This document shows positions 47,131-60,140 of a stretch of 64,000 bases of DNA, one piece after another (position 1 is the first letter of the stretch; every line of letters starts with the position of its first letter). A model generated the notes under the pieces. It had not been told where the DNA came from and searched no databases. It saw only the letters and a list, made by a program, of their open reading frames with translations. The position numbers were made by a program, and so were the translations under genes. The stretch comes from Nemertoderma westbladi (Eukaryota > Animalia > Xenacoelomorpha), in assembly GCA_032718475.1 (NCBI GenBank), contig JAUCBJ010008277.1, forward strand, positions 4,191 through 68,190, in the 5' to 3' direction.

Positions 47131-48035
47131 CGTTAGTGTTTGTGTTTGTGTACGTACAGTATACTGTAATATAATTAAAGAATTACAAATGAATTAACAT
47201 AGTGAATATTAAATTTGAACCATTTTACTGTAGTTGTCGACGAACACTTCTATTATAGTCGAGTCAATAAGTATTTCGCAATCAATCAGAACCATACATT
47301 TTGGATTCTATATTACCTTATTAATGACCAAAAAAAAGTCTATAAGATTTTATTTTGCGGAACATATGTTTATTCATGGAAATTCTGCGTAAATTTGAAT
47401 AACACAAGCCAAACAAAAGGAACAGTAGGGAAAAGTAAGTAGCAAATTGGTGACGTTCCAGAATAATTTAATTAATTTCACAATAAGCTGTGATTCAATG
47501 GGAAATTAGTAATATTTACACTGGCGTGTTACACATTAATTGCTATATCTCGGAAACTAGAAGTCGCATCAAATTTTTAAATATATCAAAAACTTCACGA
47601 TATATTAAGGTAACTGTTGTAAAAAAATAATGCGATTCCACTGCAAGGAAATTTCATAATTTCCATTAATGTTGGTGAAGATTTTTCACATAATTAAATT
47701 ATGATTGCTCTATTGATTTTAGGTGTAATTTATTTATTTGTTTTAGTTTGAAAACCACAATAGTTTATCATATAACAAATAAATATTTTGGGGATAAGGG
47801 TTTTTGAGGTCGATAAATCCGATGGGCGTGGTTACATCCACCCGTTTAATAGAAGAGTTATGTAAATAAGATCCTTATATTGTACCAGCCAAATTGGTAT
47901 TAAAAATGGTTAAATTATTAGACAAATTATCGTTGCTCTGGAAACTAGATTGGTAATATATACAAGTGCATACTTCTGTCAATGGATAGTCATTAGAGTA
48001 AAGTTTGTCTGTACCAAATTTTGAGAAAATCCCAC

Positions 48036-48850
48036 CATTGGGAAAGTGACCTATTGGGAAAGTGACCTATTGGGAAAGTGACCTATTGAGCAAGTGAGCT
48101 ATTGGGAAAGTGACCTTTTAGGCAAGTGAGCTATTGGGAAAGTGACCTTTTGGACAAGTGACCTATTGGGCAAGTGACCTATTGGGAAAGTGACCTTTTG
48201 GGCAAGTGAGCTATTGGGAAAGTGACCTTTTGGACAAGTGACCTATTGGGAAAGTGACCTATTGGGAAAGTGACCAATTGGGCAAGTGAGCTATTGGGAA
48301 AGTGACCTTTTGGACAAGTGACCTATTTGGAAAGTGAGCTATTGGACAAGTGACCTATTGGGAAAGTGACCTATTGGGAAAGTGACCTATTGGGAAAGTG
48401 ACCTATTGGGAAAGTGACCTATTGGGCAAGTGAGCTATTGGGAAAGTGGCCTTTTGGACAAGTGACCTATTGGGCAAGTGACCTATTGGGAAAGTGACCA
48501 ATTGGGCAAGTGAGCTATTGGGAAAGTGACCTTTTGGACAAGTGACCTATTTGGAAAGTGAGCTATTGGGCAAGTGACCTATTGGGCAAGTGACCTATTG
48601 GGAAAGTGACCTATTGGGCAATTGACCTATTGGGAAAGTGACCTATTGGGAAAGTGACCTATTGGGAAAGTGACCTATTGGGAAAGTGACCTATTGTGAA
48701 AGTGACCTATTGGGAAAGTGACCTATTGGGCAAGTGACCTATTGGGAAAGTGACCTATTGGGAAAGTGACCTATTGGGCAAGTCACCTATTGGGAAAGTG
48801 ACCTATTGGGAAAGTAACCTATTGGGAAGTGACCTATTGGGAAAGCAACA
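48036..48850. repeat. 16-bp minisatellite, ~50 copies, adjoining a repeat-like segment (~47455-48035)
   Basis: Unit CTATTGGGAAAGTGAC with variants (GGGCAAG, GGACAAG, GAGCT, CCTTTT) in recurring higher-order order. Confidence 0.95.
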
Positions 48851-49919
48851 CTATTGAAGAACTATTGGGGAACAACAATGCATGTGATAAAATTGAACTG
48901 ACAAAGAGACCTACTCCCACTTAATCAAGAGTCACCATCCAGACCAACCCCACCCACCCCCACCGAAGTAAAACCTTCTCTAAACCAAAACAATAAACTA
49001 CATTTAGATATACACTTTACAGTGACAATTTCTCAATTATGGCTCCACAATAAGTTAATTCCCGTCACGTAGGCCTAAATTGATTTCGGGAACTAGACTT
49101 CGGGTTCTAAAGATAATTAAAGATCTGGGGATATAAATTTTCCGGGAATTTAAACACACGGCGTCTCTATCTCCCTAGACGGTGTTGTTTATCTAAAATA
49201 AATCAATCGTGTCCCAGTGTCTTAGGATATAAAAGCCCAAAGCAGGAACATGCTAGAACTACTTACTAACTGTCCGACTAACTCTCGGTTTATGTAAATA
49301 GATCGAAAGTGGATTAATTTACTTTTCTGTAATTAGCATAAATCTGGCACGAGATAAATGCCAACTTATTACTCTAAATATATTACGTGGTATACTGTAA
49401 AATAATGTAAGTCTAAAAAATATATTGGGGAATAACTATTTTTTTATTGTGTTTTCAATTAGTTAGCAAACTTTTATATACAATATTATTCATTATTCAT
49501 CCAAGTTATTTTGAACATAGATATTCTTTAAAGAGAAAAAAAAGAGAAGAAATTAAAAAGGTAGCATCAATCAGATTTGGCGGGTGGGGGACTTTCGACG
49601 CAATTAAATCTATTATCCCTTGCTTTAAATGTTCTATAAGGGCAGTGAGGTAAGGTAATCAAGGCATATTTATAGGGTTTTAATTATACATTTATCATAT
49701 CGATATGACCACCTTTACAAAAAATGATTACATTTGACTTGTTCGTGTCCTTATTTACTGTGCGAAACATCTACTACTATAATCGGCCTGCTGCATTGAA
49801 ACTGCACATTGTAATGCTAAGTCAGCTTATCAAAAACATTTTGCAACCACCATGCAATCCACAATTGTCAAGCCCAATGCAGCGTGCATTAGGAATGCTA
49901 TGCCGGATTATCAACAAAA

Positions 49920-50420
49920 TTGCGCCGCCACAACTCCCTATCACCCATGACATTTGCTAGATAATCCGCATCTTCAAGGCCAGTGTCCTTTAAGATACGT
50001 CTCAAGAAAGTCATGGGATGTCCACCATGCTTATTCACTCAATGAGGCTGCCAAAGCACAAGATTATGCACTGGCTGGTCCTCACGGCGAAAGCAATGTC
50101 CTGCAAAGCGGAGACGGCTTTTTGTTCTAATGTCAAGCTTGGTGGAACCAATGGGACACCTCCAATGTTATATAGTATCTGGTTGGAGGTGTGTGCATTG
50201 TAGTTGACACAATGAACCCGGCGTAGCATTCTTGTGAATTTGCCATCCAGAGATTTGGTGTCCTCGGTAGTTAGAGCCCAACATGGACTCCCATAGAGGA
50301 GTACTGGAACTACTGCTGCTCTAAATAATGTTACCTTAAGTTACCGATGAATTCTGCATCCTGGAAAGCCTATTCAAGGCTGCCCATGCGTTTCCCTTAC
50401 GTATTCGAAGGTCACCTGCC
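49920..50420 (-). mobile_element. RTE-like LINE 3' fragment, same family as 8660-9200
   Basis: Reverse-complement match, e.g. CCGCCACAACTCCCTATCACCCATG...TTTGCTAGATAATCCGCATCT. Minus-strand translation includes LLYGSPCWALT and FTRMLRRVHCV. Confidence 0.8.
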
Positions 50421-50470
50421 TGGAATAGTGGGGCGAAACACAATATTGATAAGATATACATCAGGGCCTA

Positions 50471-51163
50471 CTTAAATACCACCTGCCAAATGGCAGCAAG
50501 GCCAAAATATTAGTGGGTCGATTTTTCAAAGTTGTCGTGGTGGTTTATATATTTGTATAAAGACAATCCAAGTGTTCTATATTCTCTTAAATTTTATGCA
50601 GATTTCAAATATGCAATCGGTTTTGTCACACCTTTCTTAGTTTTCGAAATACTTCACGAAAACCAATGGGTACCCAAAAGTTGGGTTCACCATGAAAGTT
50701 TCAATAATCGAGAATCTTTAAAACTCATCATGGCAAATAAATAAGTATTACTTGTATCCGAAAAATGAAATTTTCATGTTGAACCAACATTTGGCACCCA
50801 GTGGAAAGTAGCATGTAACACATTAACCATTCGTCTGTAAAATATTTCCATCATATACGTTTGCCATCCTTGAAAACCTTTATATGTCGCAAATGAGGTC
50901 TGACTGGTGAGTTTAAAGATTCTGGATTATTGAAACTTTCATGGTGAACCCACTTTTTGGGTACCCATTGGTTTTCGTGAAATATTTCGAAAACTATGAA
51001 AGATGTGGCAAAACCGATTGCATATTTGAAATCTCCATAAAATTTCAGATAATATAGAACAACTTGATTGTCTTTATACAAATATATATACTGCCACGAC
51101 AACATTGAAAAATCGACCCACTAATATTTTGGCCTTGCTGCCATTTGGCAGGTGGTATTTAAG
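50471..51163. mobile_element. Foldback MITE with ~255-bp inverted arms, TA flanks
   Basis: TA|CTTAAATACCACCTGCCAAATGGCAGCAAGGCC ... GGCCTTGCTGCCATTTGGCAGGTGGTATTTAAG|TA; the ORF track shows near-identical translations on both strands (50532-50744 +, 50851-51105 -). Confidence 0.9.
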
Positions 51164-52154
51164 TAATGTAGGCCATGACAGTATGCTGAATATCTTGTCC
51201 TTTGAGTATCACCGGCATTTGACATGTGAATAATAATATCGTCTAACAATTATTGTTGTTCTTCGATATATCATTGTCCGTTTTTTAATCGCTTTATTGA
51301 CACTGAGGGCTGTTGCTGTTATCATACGGTATGATAGGTTTCTCTTGTAATATAATAATAGTTATCGGAACTTTTCCCACTTGTACTGTAGTAATTTAGT
51401 ATGTACATTATCATTCGCCCCTTCGGTATTTACTCCATTCAGACATAGTAGGCCCTACAGTAAATACAACGAGTGCTACAATTAGTGCCAAAATAGAGAA
51501 CTCAATAAGATTTAACTTATATTGATATATTATTTTGAAACTACGAGTAGGTATTTTGAAACTGCGTTTAGGTAATTTGAAACTACGCGTAGCACTTCGC
51601 GTAGGTGCTACGCGTAGCAGTCCTGATAACAAAACTATTTCATTTCAGGTCCGGTAGGGCTTATGTAGAGTTGTTAGGCAAGTTTCGGTAATGTCAGGTA
51701 TCGGATTATCAGACAAACTGAAATAACGGAATCGGTAGCTCATCTATCTTCCTCTACATAAGACCCTATGGTAATAAATAATATTTGGCTCTTTCACTGT
51801 TTCACATACGAACACAGGATGAATAAAAAGTATAAGGCCTACTTAAAATTCACTTATATTAACAAGTCTCTTTGTTTCCATTGGATAATTTAACTATTCT
51901 ACGGTACTACTTACTGTAAGCTTAAGCTACCAGTCTACCGGTGAAGTGGTTAATCGAAAGCTGATAATTTAATTTAATTGATATTCGTACATATGAATAA
52001 ACGATAGACATAGTACACGGTACGTAGACATATTATTAGTAAAGTAGCACAATATTAATGACGTAGGCCTATGTAATGAATAACTGACAGAACACGTAGT
52101 AAATGACACGGCATCGAACAAATAATTATAGGCAATAATATAAAGAATATTTAA

Positions 52155-52865
52155 CTAACATGTAGTAATATAATTAAGGATATCAGTAATCTCATCAACA
52201 TTAAAACCAGGTATATCAATATTGCTACAACGACAATTAATTAATTCCCTACACAATTCTAATTTCCATCTATCAGCTACATCAAAAGGAACGTAGTTCA
52301 ACTTATTAACGTGCGTAACATTGATCGAGTTAATGAGAGGTATTTTACACAGATTTGCGATAGAACGTAAATTGCACCCACTTCGCGAACGACAATCATA
52401 TAAAAATAATTTTGCTAAATAACGAATGCTTGATTTTTCAGACTGCACTAAACTGGTACAAAATCTTATAAAACGTGAATATAACATAATACTGGGGTGT
52501 TTAAACTGCATTAAATTTTCTACAATATATCTATGTGATGTAAAAGGCAATCTAAAAATAATCCTAATATTAATATTCCATGAACTGTATATACGAGTAC
52601 ACGATGCAGAAAAAAGATCCCATAAATTACTACCGTAGAAGGATGTGCAATAAATACGCTGAATATTACTCAAAACATACGGATCAGAAAAATAGAATTC
52701 TTGTCGAAGTGCATTGAGCTTTCCTATAAATTTTCCCCGTTTTCGTATAATATCAGACTCCATTGTGTTCTGGAAATCTAACATGTTTCCTAGATGCAAC
52801 GCCTCCCTGACCCAAGGAAGTGGTCTCCCGTTCAGCATTACTGACGCTGTGGGTTTAAACCACAC
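52155..52865 (-). mobile_element. 5'-truncated LINE, intact C-terminal part of ORF2 (236 codons)
   Basis: LNGRPLPWVREALHLGNML (end of RT), YCTSFYGSNLWDL and SWNINIRIIFRLPFTSHRY are typical post-RT LINE motifs; abrupt 5' truncation. Confidence 0.75.
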
Positions 52866-54080
52866 TCTCCCAAATAATAATGTAAAGTAATAAATAAAGT
52901 AATAATGTATAAAATCAAACTGTTTCGTAAAAACAACAAGTACTGTAAGTGCAACAAATCATTGTAGACAATAAATTATTCTCCCTCTCCCCTTATCAAC
53001 GGGTTAGCACATTAAATATATCCTTGCTCTCTATTTCCTTGTAAACTATTTTTGAACTCTAAACATTATAACACATTATTGCGCGTGCAACACATGAAGT
53101 GAAGAATACAGTATGTTGTAGCATATACCACTACAGGGAGTATACAGATACTGTATATATACGTGACGTGTGGTCTATTGAACATACAGTATTATCATAT
53201 TTTAGTATTGAACCGCTTGGAATTAATGATATAACGTTGTATACGCATAGTTATGACGGGTAGCACCTACGTACGCGTAGTTTGCGTAGCACCTACGCGT
53301 AGTTTGCGTAGGACCTACGTACGCGTAGTTTGCGTAGGACCTACGCGTACAGTAGTTAATATTAAAACACTGAAACTGGTGATATATGACCCAATGTGTC
53401 GAACTACGCGTAGGTCGAAAAGATTAATTGGCAAATTATCGTTTGTTGGTGAGTCACAGATCGCAATAACTACTTTCAGTGTTTGACTTATTTATCATTG
53501 ATTGATCATATCATTGATCATTAGATCATTATAAGTACTTTTATATTGTTATTAATGAAACACAGTACAATAATATACTAATATCGATAGAACGCGGCCA
53601 ATACACACTACACGTGGGATCTAATTTCGCTTCTCCTCTAGCGTGTGCTAAGAAATTTGTATAAATTGGGATCTAAGTTCACCTAACACCTACGATCTAA
53701 GTTCGATTTGCTTTCAACGTGGAGAAGTTCAACGCTATTCACTATTCACTCGTTATCTAAAATCTTGATTGCAGATACTGTATTATATTTGTTTTCAATC
53801 ATATATTTTATTTACTATCTATATCTAATCTTTAGAAATATATCTAATATATTTACATATAATAAATTGTACGTCTATATTGTGCAGTATATATGTTATG
53901 TTGAGAAAATTAAAAAAAATTGATTTGATTTGATTTGAGCTTCGCGACTACAGTAGCATGACGATTTCAAAGGCTTTTAATAGGATAAAGTGGGGTCATG
54001 TTCACCTTTGTTAGGATCTAAGTTCACCCAGATAGGATATCTAAGTTCACCCAGATAGGATCTACGTTCGCATATATAGG

Positions 54081-56610
54081 GGTAGGTACTAAAATGCACA
54101 ACGAGCAACAATGACCAACAACGAGCAACAATGAGCAACAATGAGCAACAATAAGCAACAACCAACAACAATGAGCAACAACGAGCAACAATGACCAACA
54201 ACGAGCAACAATGACCAACAACGAGCAACACTGACCAACAACGAGCAACAATGAGCAACAACCAACAACAATGAGCAACAACGAGCAATAATAAAGTACA
54301 ACAACGAGCAACAATGACCAACAACGAGCAACAATGAGCAACAATTAGCAACAACCAACAACAATGAGCAACAACGAGCAACAATGACCAACAACGAGCA
54401 ACAACGAGCAACAATAAGCAACAACCAACAACAATGAGCAACAACGAGCAACAATGACCAACAACGAGCAATAATAAAGTACAACAACGAGCAACAATGA
54501 CCAACAACGAGCATCAATGAGCAACAATAAGCAACAACCAACAACAATGAGCAACAACGAGCAACAATGACCAACAACGAGCAACAATAAGCAACAACCA
54601 ACAACAATGAGCAACAACGAGCAACAATGATCAACAACGAGCAACAATGAGCAACAATAAGCAACAACCAACAACAATGAGCAACAACGAGCAACAATGA
54701 CCAATAACGAGAAACAATGAGCAACAATAAGCAACAACCAACAACAATGAGCAACAACGAGCAACAATGATCAACAACGAGCAACAATGAGCAACAACCA
54801 ACAACAATGAGCAACAACGAGCAACAATGATCAACAACGAGCAACAATGATCAACAACGAGCAACAACGAGCCATAATAAAGTACAAAAACAAGTAACAA
54901 TGAGCAACAACGAGGGACAATGATCAACAACGAGCAACAATGAGCAACAACGAGCAACAACGAGCAACAATGAGCAACAATGAGCAACAACGAGCAACAA
55001 TGAGCAACAACGAGCAACAATGACCAACAACGAGCAACAATGAGCAACAATGATCAACAACGAACAATAATAAAGTACAACAACGAGAAACAATGAGCAA
55101 GAACGAGCAACAATGAGCAACAACAAGCAACAATGAGGAAGAACGAACAACAACGAGCAACAATGAGGAACAACGTTAACGAGCAACAACGAGCAAAAAT
55201 GAGCAACAACGAGCAACAATGAGGAACAACGAACAACAACGAGCAACAACGAGCAACAACGAGCAACAATGAGAAACAACGAGCAATAATAAATTACAAC
55301 AACGAGCAACCATGAGCATCAACGAGCAACCAAAATAGCAATAAATTTTGGTGGTAACCAAAACAATAAACGAAAGTAAAGACGTTACAAGATTATGGGT
55401 CCGGTCACAAAAAGCTGAGGTAATAAGGGTCCGGTCAATAATACACAAGTAAAATATAAATCAAATATAAAGCTTCAATCAGTCAATACGGTATTTAGAG
55501 GGTCATGTACGGTCAGTTAGCCACTTCCCTGTAACTCCTGCGCAACTAACTGGACCAACCTTAACCCAGTAACCTAAATAACAAATCAAATACAAAATAG
55601 GCTTGGCCTACCCCATCCCACAAGCTATACAGTATACAGTAGTCTGTAATATAGAACGCTAGGCAGACTTCAGGACTGCCAGGCAATCAGGTCAGGTCAC
55701 TGTCCAACTGTATAAAATACAAAATAATAATACGAAAACCAGTTCACACTTCACTCAGTACCGTACATAACACAGTCAGAATCAGATAATAGGTTGAGGG
55801 GCTGGAGGGCCCTGAAACCGCATTGTACCGATAATAGAACTACATGACTTTACCGCAATTCATTAATTATCTCTGTATCTCCAACATTTCAGCATTTAGG
55901 CTTTTAGGTATTATGTTAGTACCGGTAAGTTTCATCGACACTATCCGAACAGAACAAAACTGATAGACTGAAATCAGGTAAACTGATAAATATTTGTAGT
56001 AGGCCTACCGGTCCCGGTATCAGGTATAGCAGTATTGTGCACCATCTGACCATCTTGATAACATTGAACATTGCGGGTATGGAAGCATTTTTTATTAAGT
56101 TATTGGTTGGGAATTAATTTATATCCTACATATATATTCGGGATTACTGGGATACATATTACTGCATAACCTATATGGAATTTTGACAAAAAGCGCGCCA
56201 CACGCCACTGTTCCTTCGCGCCAGGATCCTAAATGCGCGCCACACATGTTGAAGAAACTCTACATAAATTCCAACCTGGCTGCATAACAGCATAAGTATC
56301 ATTGTTGCTCGTTGTTGTAGGCCTACTTTATTATTGCTCGTTGTTGCTAGTTGTTACTCGTTGTTGCTCGTTGTTGATCATTGCTGCTCGTTGTTGTACT
56401 TTATTATTGCTCGTTGTTGATCATTGTTGCTCGTTGTTGTACTTTATTATTGCTCGTTGTTGATCATTATTGCTCGTTGTTGCTCGTTGTTGATCATTGT
56501 TGCTCGTTGTTGTACTTTATTATTGCTCGTTGTTGATCATTGTTGCTCGTTGTTGTACTTTATTATTATTATTTATTGTTGCTCGTTATCTGGTTATTGC
56601 TCATTGTTAC
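54081..56610. mobile_element. Second, right-truncated copy of the CAA-arm Foldback-like element
   Basis: Left TIR GGTAGGTACTAAAATGCAC; CAA arm 54098-55335; internal 55345-56170 colinear with 41770-43080; TTG arm 56300-56610; right TIR and TSD not found. Confidence 0.85.
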
Positions 56611-57683
56611 GGCCCCCGGTTAACTCGATGGCATGGCCTTGTATATAGTAAGCCTTGATTAGGGGCCTATTATATTTATTTATACAAGACTTATATATTT
56701 TTTCCTTTTAATTTATTGTGTTAATCAGTTAATCCACAATATATTCAATCAGTGCGGCTCACTGGCAAATGCCATGGTAGTTATGTTTTATGTTATTAGT
56801 CAGTTTGTTGTTTTGTTTGATTTTCAAGGCATTTTGACAAAATTTCGCATTCAATAAAGGCACTGCATCCAAAAAATAGCTCATCAAATTTTACAGATTT
56901 TTTAGCATATTTGTAGCGCTTGTATTTTTCACAAATATATTGTTTTGGGTTACTTTTTTTGCCCTGTTTGTATAGCTTTTTTTTAAATTTCCAATGTTGC
57001 CCACATAAGGGGGTAGGCCTATGCCAGTATGTTAAAGCAAAAACCAAGCTAATTTATATTTTAAAAGGTCTATCAGTCAATAGAAGATCACTTTTTAAAT
57101 TTTAATAAAATGTGCAAAAACTAAAATAGAACAAATTGTTAAATACTTATTGTGAGTTGTGACGATTAGATATCAAACTTTCTTTTAATTTTACTTCTTC
57201 ATACTTCCCTTAAAATTATGATGGAAAACTTTGACAGTTTGAGGTTTATTAAAAAGTGTGCTCACATTCGGGTGTTGACGGTCATTGTTTAATTATTAAT
57301 TGTTTAATTCTTTAATAATGTTAATATTGTGGCATGCTATTTGTTATTAATGATTATGTAGGCCTAGTGAAATTAATTGTTAATACAGTAATATTGTAAA
57401 AAAAATGTCTTATAAAATTGCAATTTTTTTTCCGAATTCCCAAAATTCCCAAATTTTTACAAAAATAGCAGTCTTTTCTCACTGAGACCGGGTCGGGTAG
57501 TGAATGAATTTTGAAAAAAAAGTATAAGTATTTTCCCACGGAACACTATAAATGGGCAATTTTGAAAAAAAAATCACAAGTGGTGTGCATGCACCAAAGT
57601 AATTACTGAATTATGCCTATTCTCCTGTAGCGCTGCAGGCCCTGATAACGGTAATACCTGAATACTGTAATAATTAGCGAAAA

Positions 57684-58679
57684 ATGGCGGACTCATCTTT
57701 GCCGAGCGGTTGGGAAATGCACGTTGACGAGAATGGATGGCCGTATTTCTACGACTCAACCACTAAGACCTCCAGTTGGATCGACCCGCGGAAAGTCCCA
57801 AACTCCCACCACCACAACCTCAACGATAGCTTCCCCGACTTTCCCTTCACAAGTTTATCGGACTTCCGGGACCCGCTGCAGGAACACCCGTACTTCCGGG
57901 ACACCGCCGATATGTTCCGCGACTTCCCGCGGATGGGCGGGCCATCCTTCACCCCATCCCGTAACCCCGAGTTACTGGTACCGGAGCAGCAACCCAAGTT
58001 GTCGTCATCCTGCACAAACTCGCCCAACATCCCCCGCCGTCTCAACCCGGAGCGTCGCAACGACCTCCAACGATCGGCTCACGATCTATCCACCGAACCG
58101 CGGCTCGACACAGTTTATAGCGAAGTCGTAGACATACCGGTGCGACATGAGACAGCCCCGCTACCAGTTAAAAAGAGCTCTACGGAGAAAAAACCTAAAA
58201 CGGTGCGCACTCAGATCAACATACCGGTACTTCAGGTACCAGGTCGGCCAACTAATACGGATGGTCATACTGCAAAATCAATCCCTAAATCTTTTCATAA
58301 AGTTAACCACGTCACACAAAGTGTTGATGACGTAACGCCGCATGATCCTCGACATGACGTCACTTCCGGTGTCCACAATAGCGTCGATTCCACATCAGCA
58401 GTGCCCCCGGATCACCCAAATCAGGTCTCACCAGTGGCGATAATCGGGCACATCTTGCAATCCGTGGCTCAGATCGAGACGGAGGTCAACGCGTTCGAGG
58501 GCCGCACCAACGGGCCCGACTATAACCGACTACAGGAGGCCCTGATGCAGAACTTACTGAAACTCGACGCGGTGGATAGTTGCGGGCAGGCAGCGATCCG
58601 GGGTACGAGGAAGGCCGCAGTGCAGACCATACAGCGGGTCCTAAAGGTTCTCGACGAGAGAGCCACGTCTGCGAAATAG
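57684..58679 (+). CDS. BAG3: BAG3-like co-chaperone (WW, two IPV motifs, BAG domain), 331 aa, single coding exon
   Basis: WW domain LPSGWEMHVDENGWPYFYDSTTKTSSWIDPR; IPV motifs DIPVRHE and NIPVLQV; C-terminal BAG domain ...YNRLQEALMQNLLKLDAVDSCGQAAIRGTRKAAVQTIQRVLKVLD. Confidence 0.92.
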   Translation: MADSSLPSGWEMHVDENGWPYFYDSTTKTSSWIDPRKVPNSHHHNLNDSFPDFPFTSLSDFRDPLQEHPYFRDTADMFRDFPRMGGPSFTPSRNPELLVPEQQPKLSSSCTNSPNIPRRLNPERRNDLQRSAHDLSTEPRLDTVYSEVVDIPVRHETAPLPVKKSSTEKKPKTVRTQINIPVLQVPGRPTNTDGHTAKSIPKSFHKVNHVTQSVDDVTPHDPRHDVTSGVHNSVDSTSAVPPDHPNQVSPVAIIGHILQSVAQIETEVNAFEGRTNGPDYNRLQEALMQNLLKLDAVDSCGQAAIRGTRKAAVQTIQRVLKVLDERATSAK

Positions 58680-59279
58680 TCTGAGTGGCTCGGGGTTCTA
58701 TCCATTCTTTAGCACGAGTTGCAATTATTTGAATGCACGAGTTATTGTCATTTTAGCCGAGTTGTGTGTGAACTTGAATACCTCTCACTTATTTTATATT
58801 TTATACCTGGAATTTGATTTAAATTAAATTGTTATCATTTATACCTACCGGTACTGTAGTAATATTTGGAGCTCTATGTGTTCATGGTGCATTCGAATTG
58901 TAGGTTTACTTATAACTCTCGTGTTATCTTTACTTAACTATGTTTGAGGGTCACTTAATTGCACCAAAAACCAAACAATGACACATTTTCGAAGTTTATA
59001 TTAGAATTACATATGATAATTGTTTTAAACATATGTTTTTAGAGGTTCCACAATTATTGTGTCTCACTACTAAAAACCTGCTGCAAAAATTTCAGCCAAT
59101 TCCATCAAGCCGTTTTCGAAAAAAAGGTACATTTATTTCTAAATTTAACGAAAAATAAGATGCTGAGAAAAACACATTTTAAATTTTCAAACCTTCCCGC
59201 CAATTATATATGTAAAACGTGGGAAATTTCAAAAATAAGCCAAAATATAATAAACTACTCCAGCGAACCAAAATTTACG

Positions 59280-60140
59280 ATTTTAGGGGTTTTCGCAGTC
59301 GCTAAATTCATTTCTGATATCTGTTTTAATGCCTTAATGTTTTAACATCTGGACTGTCTGTTTGTCTGTCATTCTGTCTGTCTGACTGTCAATCTCACAG
59401 ACAATAAATAAGTAAGCATACCACTTTACTATAATTTGTCATATAGGGGTTTTCCTAGTCACTGAATCCATTTCTGATGTCAATTTTAATATTTGACTGA
59501 ACCTAGAATGTCTGTCTGTCTGTCAGTCAAAATATAAGGAGGCATATCACCTGAATAACATTTCAGATATGGGGGTTTTCCTAGTCGCTGATTGCATTTC
59601 CCATGTCATTTTTAATAATTGGATGAACCTAGACTGTCTGTTTAAGTCTGTCTGTATGTCTTTCTTGACAGACAGATCGACTGATAGACAATTATACATA
59701 CAGGCATAATAGACTCCTCCAAACAGGAAAGATAACACCAGAAATGAAATCACCGACCTTAAAACCCCCAGTGAAAATTTTACTTACGTAGTGTGATTCG
59801 TTATGTTTTTGACAGACAGACCGACAGACGGACAAGCAGACAGACAAACTAGATTACGTCAAATTTGAAAACTGACCCCGGAAATGAAATCCGCGACCAC
59901 GAAAACCCATGTAGCAATAATTTTAGTTAGGTGGTGTACATTTTTATATCCATAATTAATTTGTTGACAAACAGAAAAACTGACAACTTAAACTTATGAT
60001 GTGATATTAGGGATTTCGATTTCTGAAATCTACGTTAAATTCTGATTTAGAATTAATAAAAAAAAATTCGAAAATTTTTCAATTGTTGAAAAGTTCTGGG
60101 GTAACATCTCCCCTTTAATGGCTTGTCACTCACTCACTAG
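59280..60140. repeat. HINE-like repeat cluster with diverged ~130-160-bp units and GACA/TGTC tracts
   Basis: GGGGTTTTC(C)TAGTCRCTGA...CATTTC recurs at ~59286, 59446 and 59572, and inverted at ~59740-59770 and 59880-59910; GACA microsatellites. Confidence 0.5.
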
